A DNA stretch of 64,000 bases from Myxococcota bacterium. GTDB taxonomy: Bacteria; Myxococcota_A; SURF-8; G963663525. The stretch is taken from the NCBI GenBank assembly GCA_963676915.2, contig CAXXVK010000072.1, positions 1 to 64,000 of the forward strand, given 5' to 3'. Below, one piece after another: positions 40,847-51,186 of the stretch. A model generated the notes under the pieces. The model saw nothing but the letters and a program-made list of their open reading frames with translations. It made no database searches and was not told where the DNA came from. The first letter of the stretch is position 1, and each line of letters opens with the position of its first letter. A program made the translations under genes and the position numbers.

Positions 40847-42362
40847 TTAAATTTTTATATACTTCCATTTGCCTTCCCACCATTTCCAACCGAGGATCAA
40901 GCAAAGGATGGTGATATACAACGCGCCGGCGGCCCAAGTTCCAACCATGCCCAATTCGAAAACGATTCCGAACAGATAGGCCAACGGAACCAGGCAAACC
41001 ATATGCAGCGTCATCTCCACATACATCACGAAGCGCGTATTACCTGCTCCGAATAAAGATTGCATAAAGACCAGTGCCGAAGCCACCATGAAATTGATAC
41101 CACCAAGAAGGCGCATCGTGTTCATGCTGGCATCGATGACCGGTTGTTTGTCGGTGAACAGTCCAAGGAAAAACGCGGGGAAGATGGCTTCGAGAACGCC
41201 TAAGCTCCCCATCAGCAGGCAGGCGATTCGCACCGATTCCCAGCCGTATTGTGCGGCTTTTTTCGGCTCGTTTCGTCCCAGCGACTGACTGACCAACGTA
41301 GCCGTAGCCGTCCCCTGCGCCATCGCGGCCATAAAGGAGATGGACATCAGATCCACGATAATTTTGCTACCCGCAGTAAACAGCGGCATCCGCATTTCGG
41401 CTTTGATCGCTTCAAGGTGAGGCAGCGAATCGAAAAACAGGGATGGGATTCCCTGGGCGGCAAATCCTCCCAGCGACTGTTGGGTTTGTGCCGCCAGTGC
41501 TTTGGCTTGATCCAGAGGAAACGAAGCCAGCCACATGTTGTGATCGACGATACCCATGATTTTCAGAAACATCAGGAAACCGGACATTACGAAAATCGTT
41601 GCGATTCCACCTGGAAGACTCAGACGGACGACTTCTTTCATGATGTAGCCGTCCCAGTTTTTCAGACGGTAAATCGGGTAAAGACGCCGAATCGAAGGAA
41701 TCATACTCCAGCCGACCACAATGGCCAGGCCGATGAAACTGGAAATCATCGATCCGATACCCGCACCAAGCACCCCCAGCTCGGGAAATCCCCAGATACC
41801 GAAAACCAGTAGGAAATTCAAACCGATATTGAGGGCGTTCATCACGATGCTCGCCACCATCGCCACGTAGGTTTTGCCCAGTCCGTCGAAAAACGCCTTT
41901 GTAAACCTGGGTCAACACCATAGCGGTTACGGCGGCAAACCTTGTTTGTGCATAGGGCACGCCGTGCTTGATGACTTCGGGATTGTCGTTGAAAAAGGGA
42001 AAGATCACCGGAACGAGCAAGACCATAACCACGCCAGCGGTAATGGAAAGAATCGTTCCCAATGTTGCCGAATTCATAAGGACTTTCGCGGCCCTGCGCG
42101 GATTTCCTTCCCCGTAGCGGCGGGCGGTCATCGCCTGCGTGCCGACGTTCAACGCCGATAAAAAGCCGCCGACCGCCCAGAAAAGCGGGATCGTGATGCC
42201 GATAGCCGCCATTCCCGCCACGGACACGACCGGATCGGAGATTCGGCCCACCATAATCGTATCGGCGAGGTTGACCATGGTCTGGAACAACATCCCGGTC
42301 ACAACGGGCACTGCCAGCTTCATGATGTCTTTCGAGAGGTTTTTGTCCAGCCAAAGTCGCAA
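40847..42362 (-). CDS. MATE-family efflux transporter (apparent frameshift at 41898-41900)
   Basis: LAVPV...DTIMVG, ARRYG, PELGVLGAG, SQSLG, GAGNTR; the halves join as YKAFFDGLGKT. Confidence 0.88.
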
Positions 42363-42644
42363 TGATCGCTCCCGCTGCAAGAATCCACAAGGTCGAGGTA
42401 CCTTATACCAATTCACTTCGTGGCTCAAGCAAAGTGATGGTTTGTTTTGGGGTAGAATTTTTCTTAGGGAAGAGGGCGTCTTCGATAGAACTGCCACACT
42501 TTTACATTTCATCTCCATCCGATCATTACCTGAAATTTTCCCTTTGATTTTTCTTGAAACAATGTAACTGTTTGAAACAATGAGACAAACTCTTGTCAGT
42601 GAGAATTGAACCGTAATAGAAACGAGCGTGAAGGAGTACCACGC

Positions 42645-43949
42645 ATGGGAATAGAGCAAACGTTTCAAGAAGCCCTGCAAAACTCTCCGGCTTTGGCCTT
42701 TCTAATGGTCTATCTTGCTGGAATCGCTACGAGTTTCACTCCTTGCGTGCTTCCCGTGTTGCCAATGGCCGTTGGAACCATCACCTCCAGCGCTCAGACC
42801 ACGAAAGAAACCCCGGAAGGTCCGGTGCAGGAAATCCGCCTGGTCCGAGCACTGATCATGGGACTGGTCTATGCCTCCGGTCTGGCCTCGATGTTCGCCG
42901 GGTTGGGAATTTTGGCAGCCCTTTCGGGAAAAGCGATCTTCGGATTGCTGGCCTCGTCGCCCATTACCTATCTCGTTATGGCGGTAATCGTCTTCGGGTT
43001 GGGGCTTTGGTTGATCAAGGGCGACAAAATCGACCCCGGTGCGTTTTTGCAGAATCGAGCCATGCGCACGACCGAAGGCGGCGGACCATTGAGTCGAATC
43101 GTCCGCTGGTACATGATGACCCCCGGAGGAGGCATCATCACAACCTTTGCCTTTGGTGCGGTTTCGGGACTCATTGCCGGTCCCTGCACGGCTCCGGTAA
43201 TCGCTCTCGTGCTGGGTTACGTCGCCAAACAGGGGGCAGTAGCCTACGGGGCGTCGCTGATGTTCGTTTTCGGCTTGGGACTGGCAACATTGATGATCGT
43301 AGCGGGTTTGAGCATGGGTCTTGCGCGGTCTCTTGCCCGACAAGGTAGCCTTGCTCAGAGTATCAAATACGGTATGGCGGGAATCATGTTCCTGATGTCC
43401 GGTTATTTCCTCTATGTTGCAGGCGATAATTTTGGGTTATGGGCCGATGACAGCGCCCCCACCCAAGCCGCCGTTTTTACAAAGTCGCAAACATTCCCGA
43501 AGATGGAGTTCCAGCGGAAAAAGCCCCTGGAGGTCGGACAAAACGTTGCCGGATTTCTCGTGGACGGACGGTCAACGCACCGAGCGTTTCAGCGATCTGA
43601 AAGGCAAGGTGGTCTTCATCACGTTTTGGGGAGAATGGTGCGCCGAATGCAAAGAAGAGATCCCCGATATCCGCAAAATGGAACAGGCCACCCGTGAAAA
43701 TCCCCGCATTCGTATTTTTATCCATCAATGTAATGGACCCAGAAGAAGCGAAGGCGCGGGCGTTTATCGCCGAGAAAAAGTTGCCCTACGATGTCGTTCT
43801 CGACCCGGAAAGCGACCTGATCGATCGCCTCGAAGCTACGGCTTTCCCCTGGAACATGATCATAGGACCAGACGGCCAAGACGGCATATTCCTCACGGAA
43901 ATTTCCATCGGATTACATGAAACGCTTCGAAAATCTCCTGAAAAACTAA
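42645..43949 (+). CDS. CcdA/DsbD-type membrane domain fused to a TlpA-like thioredoxin (three apparent +1 indels)
   Basis: SFTPCVLP and AGPCTAP; FWGEWCAECKEE in the next frame; removing one base each at about 43540, 43703 and 43876 gives one ORF ending FENLLKN*. Confidence 0.8.
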
Positions 43950-44015
43950 CACCTTCCGAGTTTCGGTGGGTGAAACGGGGAAGGTGTCGTTAAAAGCTAT
44001 ATCGAAAGGTATGGC

Positions 44016-44501
44016 TTATTCGTCGTAGAACTGGAATTCCTGCGTTTCGAGAATGTTTTGTGGGTTATCGATGAATTCGATCAACTTTTTGATCAGGAAA
44101 TAATGCTTGTCTTCCTCGGCGGCTAGTTTGTTGAGAATCTCGACGGATTCCAGGTGGTCGGCCTGAAGGGCTTCTTCGCGATAGCGGTTCTTGGCGTTTT
44201 CTTCGAATTCCAGGGCCGTTTGCAGCACGTCCAGAATGCCCACTTCATCCTTGAGCCAATTCACGTCGTTGAGCGAACTTTCCTTGATGACGTCACGAAT
44301 GCGGTGCATGGAACGGGTCGGCGGAAATTCTTTGGCGGCACCTGCTTTGATTTTTCGCAAAATCTCGGCATGTTTCAGTTCGTCATCGGCGAGGTTTTCC
44401 AAAATGGTTTTCACCGCCGGATTTTTCGCTTGCTCGGCATGTTCCATATAGTACTTGTGACCGTTCAACTCGAATTCGATTGCTTGATCTAAAATATCCA
44501 T
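44016..44501 (-). CDS. Ferritin-like (rubrerythrin-domain) di-iron protein
   Basis: AIEFE...Y...DELKH and ALEFE...Y...EEDKH; GGAGG RBS. Confidence 0.85.
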   Translation of the reverse strand: MDILDQAIEFELNGHKYYMEHAEQAKNPAVKTILENLADDELKHAEILRKIKAGAAKEFPPTRSMHRIRDVIKESSLNDVNWLKDEVGILDVLQTALEFEENAKNRYREEALQADHLESVEILNKLAAEEDKHYFLIKKLIEFIDNPQNILETQEFQFYDE

Positions 44502-44994
44502 GTTCACCCTCCCGAGGTACGATGTTTTCAAAAACCATAGAATCCGGCACCTGCCGCTTCCACTTTCAATCCCTTTTTCTACGAGAAAAAATGGATTCCT
44601 TCCAAACAAGATAGTTAGTCTCCCCCCAATGTGCAATCCCTAGTTGCACTTTTTCTTGCCAAGAAATGTTTTGTGTTTTCCTCTTGATTGCCGTTGAGTA
44701 GAGGCATTCCCAAGATTCACTCTGGGAAACTCTTCAGTGACGTTGCATTTTCTGGGATTCTGTGAATAATGACTTGGGATTGCTCGTCGGCAGCCTTCTA
44801 TTTTCGGGCTTTGTCGATGGTGATGTTGTCGTGAAGTCTCCCTTTCTTGAAAATACTGGGGAGAAGTAGGGACTTTTTGCCGAAAAATCATAAAATTCCT
44901 TGCACTTTTCGGTCTTGTTCCTTATAAATCAATGCTCTCTCGGCTCAACGCCGGAGACGGATACTTATAGTTATTGGTCCAGAGGAGACGTGAT

Positions 44995-45474
44995 ATGCCA
45001 AGAATCAGCCGTAGAACCTCCGATACCGGCAGGAAAAAAGAACGGGAGCCTAAGGTTTCCTATCCGCGTAAGCCGACGCCGCTGGAAATCGCGAAAAAAA
45101 CGTACGGTTCGAAAGAAGAGCTGGTAAGCCTTTGCGTAAGCAAACTGGAAAAACAGGAACACGAGTCCAAGGATGACTTCAAAGCTCGTTTGAGCAAGGT
45201 TTCCTCCAGCAAACTGATGAACCTTTTGGATCAGGTCGACCAGGTCGAAAAAATGGGCGGCAAAGATGCCGTGATCGACATCGTGTACCGTTGGCATCGC
45301 CCGTTGGGTGACAAGGTGGACGAAGTGTACCGCCAAGCCCTCGGCAACAAGAGCCTTGGTTCCCTGCTCGACGAAGCCAAAACGATCGAGCGTCGCCGTA
45401 AAAATGGCGTTCAGCCTCCGGCATCGATCAAACCGATCAAAAAGAAGAAAAAGAACCACGCCGCCACGGTCTGA
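44995..45474 (+). CDS. Basic helical hypothetical protein
   Basis: GGAG RBS, upstream TTGCAC-17-TATAAA, internal YGSKEELV / MGGKDAVI repeat, terminator downstream. Confidence 0.7.
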   Translation: MPRISRRTSDTGRKKEREPKVSYPRKPTPLEIAKKTYGSKEELVSLCVSKLEKQEHESKDDFKARLSKVSSSKLMNLLDQVDQVEKMGGKDAVIDIVYRWHRPLGDKVDEVYRQALGNKSLGSLLDEAKTIERRRKNGVQPPASIKPIKKKKKNHAATV

Positions 45475-45503
45475 TTCTTTCTCTCGTTTGATTTCGAACG
45501 CAT

Positions 45504-45539
45504 AACCCGCACTTCCGAGATTTTGGATGCGGGTTTTTT
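45504..45539 (+). terminator. Intrinsic terminator
   Basis: aacccgca...tgcgggtt followed by a T-run. Confidence 0.6.
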
Positions 45540-45562
45540 GCGTTGTTCCTCTCCTTGAATCG

Positions 45563-46198
45563 CTACTCCCAGCGAAACCACGATTCCGGCATTCCCGCAC
45601 AATTCATACAAATCACCCGGCCATCGTAGAGCACATTTTGCCGTTCGCGAGAGTGATGTCCGCACATTTCACAGGGTTTGTTTTCCGCATCGGGGGAAAT
45701 CGGCAGGCAGGTATGGGATTCGATCCGGCAGTAGTGCTCCAATGGTTCCGAAACCAGAATGTTGACGGCTTGAATCAGCGTGAATCCTTTCTTTTCCGCA
45801 TGAACGATCATCGAAGGTTCACTCACATAGCAGCCGGACTCTTTGGTGTCGTTTTCTAAAAAGGAAAACGGATTCCGGGTTACGGAAAAAGACAGAGTTT
45901 CTCCGCTGAAAGCATGGTGAAACAGAAAATCCCAGGGGCGTTTTTCATCTTCCGTGAAAAGAACGGCCATCGGGTCGTATTCTCGCAATAACATCCCCAG
46001 GCAAGCTGCGGCATCCGAACGCCTCGTGCACGCGATGCGAACCTGGTCGAGCCCATCGAAATGCTCCTCCGCGTGAGCGCCGACACACCAGCCGAGCGCC
46101 AACTCAAGGGTAAGTCCTTCGTTTTGCACGGCCAGATGATGCAGATCCCAGGGAACGAGGGTGGGATTGGCCCATTTTCTCACGACGCGCTTTTTCAC
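45563..46198 (-). CDS. FmdE-like protein with C-terminal C4 zinc finger
   Basis: CEMCG...DGRVICMNC finger; ELALG in place of the PGLALG of FmdE. Confidence 0.55.
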   Translation of the reverse strand: MKKRVVRKWANPTLVPWDLHHLAVQNEGLTLELALGWCVGAHAEEHFDGLDQVRIACTRRSDAAACLGMLLREYDPMAVLFTEDEKRPWDFLFHHAFSGETLSFSVTRNPFSFLENDTKESGCYVSEPSMIVHAEKKGFTLIQAVNILVSEPLEHYCRIESHTCLPISPDAENKPCEMCGHHSRERQNVLYDGRVICMNCAGMPESWFRWE

Positions 46199-46502
46199 GG
46201 GACACCTCTATCGATTTTCGGGCCGAAATTCTTCACACGGATACTATTTGCAACCGATCCAATCTACCTTTATTCACTGTAACAAACCTTTTTCCATGCA
46301 ATCAAGGGGGAAGTGCAGTTTCCGAGCACGAATGTTGTGGTGCAAGTCAGAGAAAGATACTCGATCGTTTTTCCACGAAATCACTCCCATTAACGTGCTT
46401 TCGAAAAGGAAAACTTGCCTTTTTTCGCCAATACGTCATGGTAAGTGCATCGAATGATCGCCAATACGACACCACGCGGTGAATGAACGACAAGGAAGTT
46501 TC

Positions 46503-48137
46503 ATGGGGAGAAAAAAAGCGAAGAAAACCGTAAAAAAACAAGGTTCTTCAAGTTCCGAGACTCCGAAAAAAGTCACACGACCCGGTTTACCTTTGGCTCC
46601 CGCCGTATTTTGTACGGGAGCTGGAATCATGATCGTGGAAATGGCGGCCTCGCGGCTGATTGCTCCGTATTACGGAACATCGATCCTGGTATGGACCGTA
46701 TTGATCGGCACCTTGCTGATTTTTCTTTCCACCGGATACTGGCTTGGAGGAAAACTTGCCGACCGCAGACCCGAGCACGGGTTGCTGTTCCGTTTGATTC
46801 TCCTTTCCGGCGTGGCGGTTTGTCTGCTTCCGATAGTGGCGAGGCCGCTTTTAGGCATTTCCGTTTCGGCGGTGAATGTCCTGACCGGCGAATTTTCGGC
46901 GGTGAAACTGGTGTTTCCGTTGTTGGGGACCGTGTTGTTGCTGGCATTTCCTATTGTGGCATTGGGTTGTGTGTCTCCCTTCGCGGTTCGTCTGGCGACC
47001 GATGACCTCGACCAACTGGGCAACACCGCCGGGAGGTTGTACGCGGTATCCAATCTAGGCTCGATTCTGGGAACGTTTCTTCCCGTCCTCGCTTTGATTC
47101 CATGGTTGGGAACACGCAATACGTTTTTCTTCGCAGGGGGCTTGCTGATTGCCGTGGGCGCGTTGGGTTTGCGGCGCAAAGCCGCGTTACCGGCGCTGGT
47201 TGTTTTACCTTTGATCTCGGCCTGGGGAGGGCAATCGATCCGCCCCGTAGAAGGACTGGTCGAGGAGACGGAATCGCTCTACCATTACGTGCAGGTATCG
47301 AAATACTTCGGTTGTGAAAAGGTTGGGGGCGAAGGCGTCAAGCTCTACCTCAACGAAGGACATTCCATGCATTCTTCGTATTGTCCCGAGGTAACGTGGC
47401 TGAATCAATACTGGGACTGGCTCTCGATCGCTCCGTATCTTTCCGGGGATGGAAAAAACGTCGAAGACCTGTTGATCGTCGGAATGGCTGCCGGAACCGT
47501 GGCGCAACAATACCGGGAAATCTATCCGGAGATTCGCATCGATGGAGTGGAACTCGATGGCGATGTGGTGGAAATGGGGAGAAAATATTTCGAACTGGAT
47601 CGTTTTGTCGCACCGGAACATCAGTACGTCATGGATGGACGCTCGTTTCTCTATCGAACACCCAAACGCTATGATGTCATCGTGCTGGATGCCTTTCGCC
47701 AGCCGTACATTCCTTTTCACCTCGTAACGGTGGAATTTTTCGACCTCGTTCGTCATCACCTGAAACCGGGCGGAGTCGTGGTGATGAACGTGAACAAAGT
47801 CCGACCCAATCAGCACGACCTTTCACGACTGGTATTGGCAACCATGGGACAAGTGTTCGAACACACGATCAGTTGGTCCTCGGATTCCTTCAACGATATC
47901 CTCGCCGCCGGGGACGTTCCACTCGATGCGGAAGCCGCCAGAGAGAGGATGCGTGTCTCGGGTCATCCGCAAATCCGTCGTCTGGAAAGGCGCATGAATC
48001 CCCCGACCGATTCCAAACTGGCTCAGGTGATGGGATTCAACCGATTCAAAGCCGGAGGCGATCCGCTGACCGACGACCGCGCCCCCGTCGAGTTGGCCTG
48101 GGACGCCATGTTTCTCGGATTGACCGAAAAGCATTGA
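46503..48137 (+). CDS. Fused MFS-like membrane domain / spermidine synthase-like SAM-dependent transferase
   Basis: ASRLIAPYYGTS...W, GRLYAVSNLGSILG, IVGMAAG, GVELDG, YDVIVLDAF, LTDDRAPVE. Confidence 0.88.
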   Translation: MGRKKAKKTVKKQGSSSSETPKKVTRPGLPLAPAVFCTGAGIMIVEMAASRLIAPYYGTSILVWTVLIGTLLIFLSTGYWLGGKLADRRPEHGLLFRLILLSGVAVCLLPIVARPLLGISVSAVNVLTGEFSAVKLVFPLLGTVLLLAFPIVALGCVSPFAVRLATDDLDQLGNTAGRLYAVSNLGSILGTFLPVLALIPWLGTRNTFFFAGGLLIAVGALGLRRKAALPALVVLPLISAWGGQSIRPVEGLVEETESLYHYVQVSKYFGCEKVGGEGVKLYLNEGHSMHSSYCPEVTWLNQYWDWLSIAPYLSGDGKNVEDLLIVGMAAGTVAQQYREIYPEIRIDGVELDGDVVEMGRKYFELDRFVAPEHQYVMDGRSFLYRTPKRYDVIVLDAFRQPYIPFHLVTVEFFDLVRHHLKPGGVVVMNVNKVRPNQHDLSRLVLATMGQVFEHTISWSSDSFNDILAAGDVPLDAEAARERMRVSGHPQIRRLERRMNPPTDSKLAQVMGFNRFKAGGDPLTDDRAPVELAWDAMFLGLTEKH

Positions 48138-48279
48138 TTTCTCGGGGTCCGTGTAAAATCACCCTACCAACAATCCTCCTGTGTTTTTCTCATGCTCTCC
48201 TTGGTTGGCAACCACGAAAAACGTGGTATAATTTGCGATAAATACCAAGTTATCCACTTTTTACCGGATAGGAGCGCTG

Positions 48280-49329
48280 ATGAGCACTGCCTTGGTTCGT
48301 GACCCATTGTTTGTTCTCCACCGTCAGGGATCGATGGGGCATCCCGAGCGTCCCGAGCGATTGGAAGCCATTCTCGATGCTATCCATGCCGAAGGGTTGG
48401 ACCGTCGTACCGAGGAGTTGGAAGCTCGACCGGCGACGCCGGAAGAAATCACTACGGTTCACGATGCGAAATACCTGGAACAGGTGATGAATGCTCAGGG
48501 GAAAGAATACGCCTATCTCGACCCGGACACCTCGATGACCGAGTACAGTTGCGACGCTGCATTGGCGGCGGCGGGTGGGGCAATCGATCTGGCGCTGAAT
48601 ATCTACGACGGAAACTACCGGAATGGTTTTGCCTTAGTGCGGCCTCCGGGACATCATGCGGTGGTTGATCGTGCCATGGGGTTTTGTATCTTCAACAATA
48701 TTGCACTGGCGGCACAACAGTTGATCGAGCGTCGTGGCCTGGAGCGGGTAGCGATCGTCGATTTCGACGTGCACCACGGTAACGGTACCAATTTTACGTT
48801 TTACGAACGTCGGGACGTGCTGTTTTTCTCGACGCACCAGTATCCCCATTATCCAGGTACCGGGCGATTCAGGGATGTAGGATTGGAAGAAGGGAAGGGT
48901 TACAGCATCAACATTCCTTTGCCAGCCCGTATGGGAGACGACGAACACCTGCTAATCTACCATAACGCCGTTCTCCCGGTGTTGGAGAGCTATCGGCCAC
49001 AGATGATCCTCGTATCCGCCGGATTCGATGGTCACGAGCGGGATATGCTGGCTGGCGAATCCATGACTACTGGTGGGTATATTACGTTGATGAATTTGCT
49101 GAAGCAGGCTGCGGATCGTCTGTGTGACGGTCGTTTGGCGTTTTATCTGGAAGGCGGGTACGACCTGACGGCCTTGCGTGAAACCGTTTCGGCAGGGATT
49201 CGTATTTTGCTGGGAGACGATGTAAAAGGCAGCCCGATACCAACGGCTATGCAAGGCTCCAACGCGCTAAAACTCTACCAGCGTTTGCAAATGCGTCATG
49301 GAAGGTATTGGGATTGTCTGGCGGAGTAA
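48280..49329 (+). CDS. Histone deacetylase-family amidohydrolase
   Basis: HPERPER, RPPGHHA, GFCIFNN, DFDVHHGNGT, SAGFD, LEGGY. Confidence 0.93.
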   Translation: MSTALVRDPLFVLHRQGSMGHPERPERLEAILDAIHAEGLDRRTEELEARPATPEEITTVHDAKYLEQVMNAQGKEYAYLDPDTSMTEYSCDAALAAAGGAIDLALNIYDGNYRNGFALVRPPGHHAVVDRAMGFCIFNNIALAAQQLIERRGLERVAIVDFDVHHGNGTNFTFYERRDVLFFSTHQYPHYPGTGRFRDVGLEEGKGYSINIPLPARMGDDEHLLIYHNAVLPVLESYRPQMILVSAGFDGHERDMLAGESMTTGGYITLMNLLKQAADRLCDGRLAFYLEGGYDLTALRETVSAGIRILLGDDVKGSPIPTAMQGSNALKLYQRLQMRHGRYWDCLAE

Positions 49330-49356
49330 TTCGCAGAAAGTGCAATGACGCCAACA

Positions 49357-49399
49357 CAACAAAAAAACCTTCGGCAAGGACCGAAGGTTTTTTTGTTGG
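49357..49399. terminator. Bidirectional terminator
   Basis: caacaaaaaaaccttcgg-caagga-ccgaaggtttttttgttg between convergent HDAC gene and nuoI. Confidence 0.85.
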
Positions 49400-49414
49400 T
49401 ATCGTAATTTTTCT

Positions 49415-50041
49415 TTAATATTCGCGTTGTTGCGCTTCTTCCGTCGGTAGCACCGTCAACGGAGCTTGGGCCGGTTCCTTGCCTGGAATCGGATTGAAAA
49501 CGATGTTGTGCTGACCTTCTTTGACGTTCTTCATTTCCAGAAGCAGGTCACGATTTACGATGGCCTGTTCTCGTGTATGGATCGCCATGGCCGGGTGGCC
49601 CGAGTCCATGCGGATGGCGTCTTCCGGGCAGGCCTGGACGCAGAAACCGCAGTAAATACAACTAAGTTGATCGATGACGAAAGTCTTCGGGCGACGGTCG
49701 ATCTTTTGACGACCGGTGTAGTAAGGTTCGATTTCCTCGGCTTCGATGGTAATAACGTTCGCCGGGCAGGCCATCGCACACATCTGGCAGGCCACGCAGG
49801 TGATGGAGCCGTCCGAACGCCGTGTCAGGTAGTGACGGCCACGTGTTCGGTAATAAGTGTCGAATTTCTCTTCCGGGTATTCTTTCGTGACGGTTTTTTC
49901 GCGACGGAAAAACGGCCAGTTCGAAAGGAAATGACCCAGGGTAACGCTCATTCCGCGAAGGATTTCGGGAAGGTAGAGTTTTTCCCAGAAGTCCAGTTCC
50001 CGGTTGAGATGCATGTATTTGAATTTGGGGTTGTCGCTCAT
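49415..50041 (-). CDS. nuoI: NADH-quinone oxidoreductase subunit I
   Basis: YPEE; CVACQMCAMACP and CIYCGFCVQACP. Confidence 0.9.
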   Translation of the reverse strand: MSDNPKFKYMHLNRELDFWEKLYLPEILRGMSVTLGHFLSNWPFFRREKTVTKEYPEEKFDTYYRTRGRHYLTRRSDGSITCVACQMCAMACPANVITIEAEEIEPYYTGRQKIDRRPKTFVIDQLSCIYCGFCVQACPEDAIRMDSGHPAMAIHTREQAIVNRDLLLEMKNVKEGQHNIVFNPIPGKEPAQAPLTVLPTEEAQQREY

Positions 50042-50090
50042 CGTTCGCCTCTTGATTGAAACCGCGAAAGACCGTTTTTCCTCGTCCCAC

Positions 50091-51176
50091 TTATAGCAGC
50101 ATGATGACCGCTGTCACAATGAGATTGAGCAGACTCAGCGGCAGCAGGAACAGCCAGCCGAAGTGCATTACCTGATCGTATCGGAAACGGGGCAGCGTCC
50201 AGCGGATCGCCAACTGGATAAAGCAGAACATCGCTACTTTCGTCGCGAAAACGGCGAATTGCCCGGCGGCGGTTATCAGACCTGCCAAAGTGATGTTTCC
50301 GGTGGTTTGAACCAACCAGGCATGAACCGGCGTCCAGACATCCACCCACGGCAGGACGTGATAGGAGCCGAAGAACATCGTTGTCAGCAGCATGCCCAAC
50401 AGGACGATTTCGACGAATTCACCGAACATGAACATACCGAAACGCATGCCGGAATACTCCAGGAAGTATCCGACGATTTCGCTTTCGCCTTCGGGAAGGT
50501 CGAAGGGGGCACGCTTCGTCTCGGCAATACCCGCTGCGAAAAACAGAAGGAATCCGAACGGTTGCAGGAACACTCCCCAGGCTCCTCCGCCTTGCATGGC
50601 GGCGATTTCATCCAGCCGTACCGATCCCATCACCATGAAAATTCCTACCAGGGTCAATCCGAGAGTGACTTCGTAGGAAATCATCTGCGCCGAAGTACGC
50701 ATCGAACCCAAAAGTCCGAGTTTGTTATCCGAGGAATACCCCGCCAGCACGCCGCCATAGATCGAAAGACCACTCAGCGCGAATATCAGCAAAATGCCTT
50801 CGCTGATGGGGGCGATGATCATCGGGATGTCCGTGCCGAACAGGTTGAACGTTCCGCCAAAAGGAACCATCGCGAGGCTGATCAGCACCATCGACAGGCC
50901 AAGGATCGGAGCGAGGTGAAACAGGAATTTGTTGGCGTTGTCGGGAATCACGTCTTCTTTGAAGATCATCTTGATTCCGTCGGCCAGGAAGTGAGGCAGT
51001 CCCCACAGGCGAATGCCCATGATCGCCGCACGGTTGGGGCCGATCCGGTCCTGCATGTATGAGGACTGCTTGCGTTCCTGCCATGTCAGCAGACCCGCCA
51101 GCCCAAGGGCGAATCCCAGGATAAGCACTCCGAATTTTACGACGGTGGCGATGATCTGGATGGCCAACTCGTTCAT
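50091..51176 (-). CDS. nuoH: NADH-quinone oxidoreductase subunit H
   Basis: ERK...QDRIGPNR, AQMISYE, ETKRAPFDLPEGESE, LPRFRYDQ. Confidence 0.95.
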   Translation of the reverse strand: MNELAIQIIATVVKFGVLILGFALGLAGLLTWQERKQSSYMQDRIGPNRAAIMGIRLWGLPHFLADGIKMIFKEDVIPDNANKFLFHLAPILGLSMVLISLAMVPFGGTFNLFGTDIPMIIAPISEGILLIFALSGLSIYGGVLAGYSSDNKLGLLGSMRTSAQMISYEVTLGLTLVGIFMVMGSVRLDEIAAMQGGGAWGVFLQPFGFLLFFAAGIAETKRAPFDLPEGESEIVGYFLEYSGMRFGMFMFGEFVEIVLLGMLLTTMFFGSYHVLPWVDVWTPVHAWLVQTTGNITLAGLITAAGQFAVFATKVAMFCFIQLAIRWTLPRFRYDQVMHFGWLFLLPLSLLNLIVTAVIMLL

Positions 51177-51186
51177 TGCGTTCTCC

